Source: an uncultured Gammaproteobacteria bacterium | GTDB taxonomy: Bacteria; Pseudomonadota; Gammaproteobacteria; Xanthomonadales; Xanthomonadaceae | Direction: 5' to 3' | Assembly: GCA_966096795.1 (NCBI GenBank) | Contig: CBHTVR010000011.1 | Span: 324 to 64,323, forward strand | Length of the DNA: 64,000 nucleotides | Part shown: one piece after another, positions 57,165 through 64,000 of the stretch | Layout: the number at the start of each line of letters is the position of its first letter | Position numbering within the stretch: position 1 is the stretch's first letter | The notes under the pieces: generated by a model | Database searches by the model: none | The model's input: the letters and a program-made list of their open reading frames with translations, nothing else | Told to the model about the DNA's origin: nothing | Translations under genes and position numbers: made by a program

Positions 57165-58073
57165 TCAGTGCGCCGCCAGGGCGCTGCGATAACGGTCGGC
57201 GAGCTGGCCTACGCGCTGGACATAGCGCTGGGTCTCGGAGTAGGGCGGCACGCCACCGTTGCGGTCCACCGCGCCTTCACCGGCGTTGTAGGCGGCCGCG
57301 ACCAGGGTCAGGTTCGAGCTGTAGCGCTTCATCAGCCAGGCCAGGTAACGCACCCCGCCGCGAATGTTCTGGCTCGGGTCGAAGGGATCGGCAACCCCGA
57401 AGCGCGAGGCCGTTGCCGGAATCAGCTGCATCAGGCCCTGGGCGCCGGCATGGGAAATGGCATTGGGCCGGTAGGCGGACTCGGCGTGGATGATGGCGCG
57501 CACGATCGCTTCCTCCACGCCGAACTCGCTGGAGGCCGTGCGGATCTCGCTCGTGTACGCCGAGGTATTCAGGCTGATCCTGCCGAAATCCACGCCGGGC
57601 AGCAGGCCGCAGGCGTAGCAGGTTTCGACGTAACTGAAGAGCAGTTGCGCAGCGCCCGCCCCGCGCGGCTTCACATTGGTGTAGTGGGTGACGCCGTCCC
57701 GCTCGAAGCGATAGACCGCCCCGCGCAACACGCGCGTGCCACCCGGGGCGCTGGCCGGAGGCGTGGCCGTGGCCGAGGTGTTGAACACGACATTCGCGCT
57801 GGCGGGGAGGCTGGCGGCTCCGGCAGCGGGCGCGGCGGCCGGCGTGGTCGCCGCAGACTGCGCGGCCACTGCGGGCACGGCACGGGCCGGGCTGGAGCCG
57901 GAAACACGGCTCGGGGTCGCACTGGTCGCCACCGCCTTGCAGACGGCATTGGCCACGCGCTTGCTGCTGTAGTTGGGGATTCCGTCCACGCCCACGCAGC
58001 GGTAAACCGTGCCCGCCGCGACCGGCGCGGCGAACATCAGACAGGCCAGGACCGCTGCAAGCTGTCTCCCCAT
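57165..58073 (-). CDS. lytic transglycosylase (SLT domain) with N-terminal DUF4124-like segment
   Basis: Signal peptide, then [16 protein letters not shown]. The SLT catalytic region is [32 protein letters not shown]...[10 protein letters not shown]. Confidence 0.85.
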   Translation of the reverse strand: MGRQLAAVLACLMFAAPVAAGTVYRCVGVDGIPNYSSKRVANAVCKAVATSATPSRVSGSSPARAVPAVAAQSAATTPAAAPAAGAASLPASANVVFNTSATATPPASAPGGTRVLRGAVYRFERDGVTHYTNVKPRGAGAAQLLFSYVETCYACGLLPGVDFGRISLNTSAYTSEIRTASSEFGVEEAIVRAIIHAESAYRPNAISHAGAQGLMQLIPATASRFGVADPFDPSQNIRGGVRYLAWLMKRYSSNLTLVAAAYNAGEGAVDRNGGVPPYSETQRYVQRVGQLADRYRSALAAH

Positions 58074-58187
58074 GCCGGCAGTTTTACTCCTTCTTCCAGC
58101 AATTCCAAGTACTTAGGTCACGAAACCATGGCCCCGGCGGCTTTGGGGGCCTACAATTGGTCCTCAATCCCGACCGGAATAAGCGCC

Positions 58188-59594
58188 ATGACCGGGAAAC
58201 CCGAGGTTTCCACCCCGCCCGCAGCGGGTGCTGCCCCCGCCCGCCCGGCGGCCGGCAAGCTCTACATCAAGACCCAGGGCTGCCAGATGAATGTGTACGA
58301 CTCGGCCCGCATGGCCGACGTGCTGGCGGCCGAGCACGGCCTGGAACTGACCGAACTCGAGTCCGAGGCCGACGTCATCCTGATCAACACCTGCTCGATC
58401 CGCGAGAAGGCGCAGGAAAAAGTCTTCTCGCAACTCGGCCGCTGGAAGGCCCTGAAGACTGCGAACCCGAAGCTGCTGATTGGCGTCGGCGGCTGCGTAG
58501 CCTCGCAGGAGGGCGAAGCGCTGCTGCGGCGCGCGCCGCAGGTGGACCTGGTGTTCGGCCCGCAGACCCTGCATCGCCTGCCCGGCATGATTGATGCCCG
58601 CCGCGACAGCGGCCAGGCCCAGGTGGATATCAGCTTCCCGGAGATCGAGAAATTCGACGCCCTGCCTGCGCCGCGCGCCGAAGGCCCGACCGCCTTCGTC
58701 TCGATCATGGAAGGCTGCTCGAAATATTGCTCGTTCTGCGTGGTGCCCTACACGCGTGGCGAGGAAGTCTCGCGGCCCTTCGACGACGTGCTGGCCGAAG
58801 TGGCGCAGCTCGCCGCGCAAGGCGTGCGCGAAGTGAACCTGCTCGGCCAGAACGTCAACGCCTACCGCGGCGCGCTGCACGATGACGACGGCCACGCCGA
58901 CCTGGCGGTGCTGATCCGCGCCATCGCCCGTATTCCCGGCATCGGCCGCATCCGCTACACCACCTCGCATCCGCTGGAGTTCAGCGACTCGCTGATCGCC
59001 GCCCACCGCGACGTGCCGCAGCTGGCCAGCTACCTGCACCTGCCCGTGCAATCGGGCTCGGACCGCATCCTGCAGGCGATGAAACGCAACCACACCGCGC
59101 TCGAGTACAAGGCCAAGCTGCGCCGCCTGCGCGAGGCCAAGCCGGGCATCTGCATCAGTTCGGACTTCATCGTCGGCTTCCCGGGTGAAACCGAAGCCGA
59201 CTTCGAAGCGACCATGAAACTGGTCGCCGACGTCGGCTTCGACCAGAGCTTTTCCTTCGTGTACTCGCGCCGCCCGGGCACGCCGGCCGCGAACCTGCAC
59301 GACGACACGCCGGAAGCCGTGAAAGTGGCCCGCCTGCACCGCCTGCAGGCCTTGCTCAACGACAACGCCAGGCGCATCGCCGATGCCATGGTCGGCACCG
59401 TGCAGAAAGTGCTGGTGGAAAAAACCAGCACGCGCAACCCGGGCGAATTCACCGGGCGCACCGAGAACATGCGCTACGTGAACTTCGACGGCGACGCGCG
59501 CATGGTCGGGCGCTTCGTGGACGTGCTGATCACCGAGGTGATGGCCAATTCCCTGCGCGGCCGGGTCGTGGTCGCCGATGAAGTGGAAGCCTGA
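58188..59594 (+). CDS. miaB: tRNA-i6A37 methylthiotransferase (468 aa)
   Basis: ORF 57087..59594 trimmed to the in-frame ATG at 58188. The sequence is [16 protein letters not shown], and the radical-SAM motif is [15 protein letters not shown]. Confidence 0.93.
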   Translation: MTGKPEVSTPPAAGAAPARPAAGKLYIKTQGCQMNVYDSARMADVLAAEHGLELTELESEADVILINTCSIREKAQEKVFSQLGRWKALKTANPKLLIGVGGCVASQEGEALLRRAPQVDLVFGPQTLHRLPGMIDARRDSGQAQVDISFPEIEKFDALPAPRAEGPTAFVSIMEGCSKYCSFCVVPYTRGEEVSRPFDDVLAEVAQLAAQGVREVNLLGQNVNAYRGALHDDDGHADLAVLIRAIARIPGIGRIRYTTSHPLEFSDSLIAAHRDVPQLASYLHLPVQSGSDRILQAMKRNHTALEYKAKLRRLREAKPGICISSDFIVGFPGETEADFEATMKLVADVGFDQSFSFVYSRRPGTPAANLHDDTPEAVKVARLHRLQALLNDNARRIADAMVGTVQKVLVEKTSTRNPGEFTGRTENMRYVNFDGDARMVGRFVDVLITEVMANSLRGRVVVADEVEA

Positions 59595-59607
59595 GCCGGC
59601 ACGCGCC

Positions 59608-60597
59608 ATGTCCCACGGCAGCCTGCACCGCGACTTTACGCTCTTGCCCGACGACTCGGAGCGGCTGGCCAACCTCGCCGGCCCCTTCGACGAACACCTG
59701 CGCCTGATCGAGTCTCGCCTGGGCGTGGAGATCGCCAATCGCGCCAATGTCTTCCGCGTCAGTGGCGAAGGCGATTCCGCGCACGCGGCCGAAGCCCTTC
59801 TGCGCAGCCTCTACCAGGACGCCGGCAGCGAAGCGCTCGATCCGCACAAGATCCACTTGCGCATGAATGCCGCCAATGTTGCGCGCCTGCGCGCCGCCGG
59901 TGGCCAGGACTTCGAGCCGCAGGAAATCAGCATCCGGGTCAAGCGCGGCACCGTGCGCGGCCGCGGCGACAACCAGGCGCGCTACCTGCACGCCATCGCC
60001 ACCCACGACATCAATTTCGGCATCGGCCCGGCCGGCACTGGCAAGACCTACCTCGCGGTCGCCAGCGCAGTCGAAGCGCTGAACGAATCGCGCGTGCAGC
60101 GCCTGCTGCTGGTGCGCCCGGCGGTGGAAGCCGGCGAGAAGCTGGGCTTCCTCCCGGGCGACCTCAGCCAGAAAGTGGATCCGTATTTGCGCCCGCTTTA
60201 CGACGCCCTGTTCGAAATGCTCGGCGTGGAGAAGGTCGCCAAGCTGATCGAACGCAACGTCATCGAGATCGCGCCGCTGGCCTATATGCGCGGGCGCACG
60301 CTCAACGACGCCTACGTCATCCTCGACGAAGCGCAGAACACCACCATCGAACAGATGAAGATGTTCCTGACCCGCATCGGCTACGGCTCGACCGCAGTGA
60401 TCACCGGCGATCTTTCCCAGGTGGATCTGCCCAAGCACCAGAAGTCCGGCCTGAATGACGCCCTCGACGTGCTGCGCGGCGTGGCCGGCATCAGTTTCAC
60501 TTTCTTCACTGCCCGCGACGTGGTGCGCCATCCACTGGTGGCGCGCATCGTCGAAGCCTACGATGCCCGCGACGGGCGCCAGAACCACGAAAGTTGA
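59608..60597 (+). CDS. ybeZ: PhoH-family ATPase (YbeZ-like)
   Basis: Walker A is GPAGTGKTY, and ILDEAQNTT is also present. An alternative ATG at 59578 overlaps the miaB end. Confidence 0.9.
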   Translation: MSHGSLHRDFTLLPDDSERLANLAGPFDEHLRLIESRLGVEIANRANVFRVSGEGDSAHAAEALLRSLYQDAGSEALDPHKIHLRMNAANVARLRAAGGQDFEPQEISIRVKRGTVRGRGDNQARYLHAIATHDINFGIGPAGTGKTYLAVASAVEALNESRVQRLLLVRPAVEAGEKLGFLPGDLSQKVDPYLRPLYDALFEMLGVEKVAKLIERNVIEIAPLAYMRGRTLNDAYVILDEAQNTTIEQMKMFLTRIGYGSTAVITGDLSQVDLPKHQKSGLNDALDVLRGVAGISFTFFTARDVVRHPLVARIVEAYDARDGRQNHES

Positions 60598-60613
60598 GCA
60601 CAGGAGACAGGCC

Positions 60614-61096
60614 ATGACCCGTGGACCGATCCAACTGGAAGTCGGCGTCAGCTACGGCCTGCCGCGCGCGGGCATTCCCGCCGCCGCCAGCTTCCGGCGT
60701 TGGGCCGCCGCTGCCTGCGAAGGCCGCATCCTGCGCGCGGACCTCGCCATCCGCGTCGTCGACAGCAAGGAAGGCCAGTCGCTGAACCGCCACTATCGCG
60801 GCAAGGACTACGCCACCAATGTGCTCAGCTTTCCGGCCGAGCTTCCGCCCGGCGTGGACATGCCCCTGCCCCTGCTCGGCGACCTGGTGATCTGTGCCCC
60901 GGTGGTCGCCCGCGAGGCGGAAGAACAGGGCAAGCCGATCAATGCCCACTACGCCCACCTGACCGTGCATGGCGTGCTGCACCTGCTGGGCCTGGACCAC
61001 GAAAACCCGCTGGAAGCGGAGGCCATGGAGCGCTTCGAGCGCGAAATACTGGCCGGCCTGGGCTTCGGCGACCCCTACGCCGGCGAAGAGCGCTAG
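60614..61096 (+). CDS. ybeY: rRNA maturation endoribonuclease YbeY (160 aa)
   Basis: AGGAG lies 8 nt upstream of the ATG at 60614. The zinc motif is [15 protein letters not shown]. Confidence 0.9.
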   Translation: MTRGPIQLEVGVSYGLPRAGIPAAASFRRWAAAACEGRILRADLAIRVVDSKEGQSLNRHYRGKDYATNVLSFPAELPPGVDMPLPLLGDLVICAPVVAREAEEQGKPINAHYAHLTVHGVLHLLGLDHENPLEAEAMERFEREILAGLGFGDPYAGEER

Positions 61097-61164
61097 CCGC
61101 CAGACCCCGCGCGCCAAGCTGTTAAACTGGCCTCCCGCCGACTTCCGGCGACCTTCGCCCACCC

Positions 61165-62013
61165 ATGTCCGAAGACCCCGACAGTCACCCGCCCGAGCGC
61201 CGCTCCTGGCTTGAACGCCTGAGCCTGGCGTTCTCGGGCGAACCGCAAACCCGCGAAGACCTGACCGAAATCCTGCGCGACGCCCGCGAAAACGGGCTTA
61301 TCGGCAGCGACACCCTGAAGATGCTCGAAGGCGCCCTGGCGGTGTCCGAGTTGCAGGTCGCCGACATCATGATCAACCGCTCGCAGGTGGTCTCGCTGCC
61401 GGCGGATGCGCCCTTCATGGAACTGATGAAGCTGGTGGTCGAATCCGGCCACTCACGCTTCCCCGTGCACGGCGAAGACAAGGACGACATCCTCGGCATC
61501 CTGCTGGCCAAGGACTTGCTGCGCGGCATCGTCGCCGACGGCGGCCCCGGCCAGGTGCGCGAATTGTTGCGTCCGGCGGTGCTGATTCCCGAGTCCAAGC
61601 GCCTGAACGTCTTGCTGAAAGAGTTCCGGCTCTCGCGCAACCACATGGCCATCGTGGTGGATGAACACGGCGGCGTCGCCGGTCTCGTCACCATTGAGGA
61701 CGTGCTCGAGCAGATCGTCGGCCAGATTGACGACGAGCACGACGAGGCCGAGGAAAGCACGCTCATCTCGGCCCAGCCGGACGGCCAGTTCGTGGTGGAC
61801 GCACTGACGCCGATCGCCGACTTCAACGAGCGCTTCGGCGCCGACTTCCCCGATGACGAGTACGACACCGTCGGCGGCCTGGTGAATTCCGCGATCGGCC
61901 ACTTGCCGGAAGCAGGCGAAGAGCTGGCCCTGGGCCGTTTTCATTTCCGCGTGGGCCGCGCCGATCGCCGCCGCGTGCACAGCTTCGTGGTCAGCCTCAA
62001 TGCGGCCGAATAG
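61165..62013 (+). CDS. corC: CorC/HlyC-family protein (CBS pair plus CorC_HlyC domain)
   Basis: 282 aa, in the conserved position after ybeY. The sequence includes HMAIVVDEHGGVAGLVTIEDVLEQIVG. Confidence 0.9.
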   Translation: MSEDPDSHPPERRSWLERLSLAFSGEPQTREDLTEILRDARENGLIGSDTLKMLEGALAVSELQVADIMINRSQVVSLPADAPFMELMKLVVESGHSRFPVHGEDKDDILGILLAKDLLRGIVADGGPGQVRELLRPAVLIPESKRLNVLLKEFRLSRNHMAIVVDEHGGVAGLVTIEDVLEQIVGQIDDEHDEAEESTLISAQPDGQFVVDALTPIADFNERFGADFPDDEYDTVGGLVNSAIGHLPEAGEELALGRFHFRVGRADRRRVHSFVVSLNAAE

Positions 62014-63202
62014 CCAGCCCGCCCGGGGCTGGTGCCGCACCCTCCTCCTGCTGCTCGCGCTGGCCTGGGCCGGCGTGTGCGCGGCGCAGTCGAACGCATC
62101 GCAGTCGCCGCTGCGCATCGGCGTGATGACGATGGAACCGGGCGAGGAATTCTGGGAACGCTTCGGCCACGACGCCCTGGTCGTGCAAGGTCCGGACGGG
62201 GCCATCTCCTACAACTTCGGCTTCTTCGACATGGACGAACCGGGCTTCGTGCCCAACTTCATCCGTGGCCGCATGCGCTACGCCCTGGTCGCGCTGCCGA
62301 TGGAGCAGGACCTGGCGTACTACCGCGAGGAAGGCCGCGGCGTGACCATGCAATGGCTCGATCTCGACCCCACGCAGGCGCGTGCGCTGTCGGCCGCGCT
62401 GGCCGTGAACGCGCGTCCCGAGAACATGTACTACCGCTACGACTACTACCGCGACAATTGCAGCACGCGCGTTCGTGACGCGCTTGATCGCGCCCTGGAC
62501 GGCGGCCTGAAGGCGCAGCTGAGCGGGCGCTCGCAAGGCAACACCTGGCGCAGTGAATCGGTGCGCCTGGCCTGGCCGGCGAAGTGGATGGCCTTCGGCT
62601 TCCATCTCGGCCTGGCCGGTTCAGCCGACAGCCCGCTGTCGCGCTGGGAGGAGAGCTTCATCCCGATGCGCCTGCGGGACGCCCTGCGCGAAGTAAAGCG
62701 CGCGGATGGCAAGCCCCTGGTCGCTTCCGAGCAGCAGCTGCTGCCGCACAAGATTTCAATGCCGCCGGAAGAAACACCACGCTGGCGAGTGCCCGCGCTC
62801 TTCCTCGGACTCGCCGCCGGCCTGTTGCTGGCCTGGACCGGCCGCCGCCATCCACGCGCGCTGGCCGCGTTCGCCCTGCCTTTCTGGTTTGCTGCGGGCC
62901 TGCTGGGCCTGGTGATGGCCTACCTGTGGATCGGCAGCGAACACCTGGCTGCGCACGGCAATGAAAACCTGCTGCTGCTCAGCCCGCTGTGCTGGTTGCT
63001 GCTGCCGGGCGGATGGAGCGCCTTGCGCGGGAAGGCGGTGTCGCCGCGTTTCCGGCAACTGCTGTGGATCCTGGCCGGCAGCGCCGCCATTGCCGGCTTC
63101 CTGAAGTTCCTGCCCTTCCGCCCGCAGGAAAACGTCGAGTGGGTGTTGCTGCTGTTGCCGGTGCACCTGGCCCTGGCGCGCAGCTTCGACCCCAAGCGCT
63201 GA
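62000..63202 (+). CDS. DUF4105-domain (Lnb N-terminal-like) protein with C-terminal membrane region
   Basis: 400 aa with a signal peptide. FWERFGHDALVV...YNFGFFD...YDYYRDNCSTRVRDALD fits the DUF4105 pattern, from memory. Four or more hydrophobic helices lie at the C-terminus. Confidence 0.7.
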   Translation: MRPNSQPARGWCRTLLLLLALAWAGVCAAQSNASQSPLRIGVMTMEPGEEFWERFGHDALVVQGPDGAISYNFGFFDMDEPGFVPNFIRGRMRYALVALPMEQDLAYYREEGRGVTMQWLDLDPTQARALSAALAVNARPENMYYRYDYYRDNCSTRVRDALDRALDGGLKAQLSGRSQGNTWRSESVRLAWPAKWMAFGFHLGLAGSADSPLSRWEESFIPMRLRDALREVKRADGKPLVASEQQLLPHKISMPPEETPRWRVPALFLGLAAGLLLAWTGRRHPRALAAFALPFWFAAGLLGLVMAYLWIGSEHLAAHGNENLLLLSPLCWLLLPGGWSALRGKAVSPRFRQLLWILAGSAAIAGFLKFLPFRPQENVEWVLLLLPVHLALARSFDPKR

Positions 63203-63250
63203 ATGCCGCCCGGCTTGCAGCGGCAGCCGGGGCCGGACCATGATGCCGGC

Positions 63251-64000
63251 ATGAACCTTCCCCCCGATGAAAAGCCGGTCAGCGCCGTGCGAAACCTGGC
63301 GGCGTATTCGCGCCAAGGCCAGCGCCTGCGCGACATCAGCCTGGAAGAGATCAGCGATGCCCTGGACGCGCCGGAAACCGGATTCGTCTGGGTCGGCCTG
63401 TACGCGCCGGACGAGCCGCTGCTGCTGAAGATGCAGGAGGAATTCGGCCTGCACCCGCTGGCGGTGGAGGACGCGTTGAAAGCGCACCAGCGGCCGAAGA
63501 TCGAGCTCTATGGCGATTCCCTGTTCCTGGTGCTGCAAACCGCGCAGGTAGTGAAGGGTCATATCCAGTTCGGCGAGACGCATGTCTTCATCGGCCCGCG
63601 TTACCTGCTGACGGTGCGCCACGGCGCCTCGCTGCCGTTCACGCCGGCGCGCGAGCGCTGTGAACGCAATGCCATGCAGATGAAGCTCGGCCCCAGCTAC
63701 GGCCTGTACGCGGTGCTCGATGCCGTGGTGGACAACTACTTCCCGATCGTCGAAGAGTTCAAGGAAGAGCTCAACGAACTGGAGAAGGACATCTTCGCCG
63801 AGGACTACCGGCGCGACACCATCCACCGCCTGTACGAGCTCAAGCGCGACCTCACCCAGATGCGCCTGGCCGTCTCGCCGATGCAGGACATGCTCAACCA
63901 GCTGATGCAGTTCCATCCCGCGCTGATCAACGACGAAGTCCGCCCCTACCTGCGCGACGTCTACGACCACGTGGTGCGGGTGAACGAAGCCACCGACACG
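63251..64000 (+). CDS. corA: magnesium/cobalt transporter CorA, 5' partial (runs off the window)
   Basis: It is absent from the ORF track because no stop is reached. My own translation from the ATG at 63251 gives MNLPPDEKPVSAVRNLAAYSRQGQRL...GLHPLAVEDALKAHQRPKIELYGDS...YGLYAVLDAVVDNYFPIV...LKRDLTQMRLAVSPMQ. It is open to position 64000. Confidence 0.85.
   Translation, partial: MNLPPDEKPVSAVRNLAAYSRQGQRLRDISLEEISDALDAPETGFVWVGLYAPDEPLLLKMQEEFGLHPLAVEDALKAHQRPKIELYGDSLFLVLQTAQVVKGHIQFGETHVFIGPRYLLTVRHGASLPFTPARERCERNAMQMKLGPSYGLYAVLDAVVDNYFPIVEEFKEELNELEKDIFAEDYRRDTIHRLYELKRDLTQMRLAVSPMQDMLNQLMQFHPALINDEVRPYLRDVYDHVVRVNEATDT

Noticed and set aside
62756-63970. 404-aa ORF on the minus strand
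   Set aside because: It is antisense to the DUF4105 gene and to corA. The corA frame is missing from the ORF track only because it runs off the window end.

Overview
This window is 64 kb of a high-GC gammaproteobacterial chromosome. Its gene order looks like Xanthomonadales/Lysobacterales, possibly Rhodanobacteraceae-like, but that is a guess I cannot verify here. The conserved blocks are tRNA-Val, thrS-infC-rpmI-rplT-pheS-pheT-ihfA-merR-like-tRNA-Pro, sspA-sspB beside petABC, miaB-ybeZ-ybeY-corC, purE-purK, sodB and uvrB.

I call about 60 protein genes, 3 tRNAs and several clean intrinsic terminators. I saw no rRNA, CRISPR array, transposase, integrase or phage genes. Many ORF-track entries are long antisense ORFs typical of high-GC DNA and were discarded. 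Most real genes needed their start trimmed to an internal ATG.

Two accessory regions stand out.

(1) 2.9-15.4 kb, minus strand: an Rhs polymorphic-toxin locus.
- The Rhs shell is encoded by two consecutive genes (948 aa and 970 aa), each with its own Sec signal peptide.
- The second gene carries an NBR1-like plus Ig-like module exactly where a downstream paralogue is continuous. It ends in an AHH-type nuclease, followed by a DUF1629/Imm11-like immunity gene.
- Three orphan core-toxin-immunity cassettes follow. They share near-identical 365-381 bp core handles, and one carries a 51-bp in-frame insertion with a stop codon.
- No T6SS, PAAR or VgrG gene is in the window.

(2) 33.9-41.2 kb: a type IV minor-pilin cluster.
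- It has a non-canonical gene order and no PilY1-like gene.
- Instead it has an 830-aa PilV-like and a 606-aa PilX-like protein.
- A tRNA-Asn lies inside the cluster.

Smaller oddities:
- A translationally coupled Asp/Asn beta-hydroxylase plus sulfotransferase pair next to tRNA-Val.
- Two tandem paralogous Ser/Thr kinases with TolB-like and TPR domains.
- A strong terminator hairpin 31 nt upstream of the thrS ATG.
- A non-AUG infC start.
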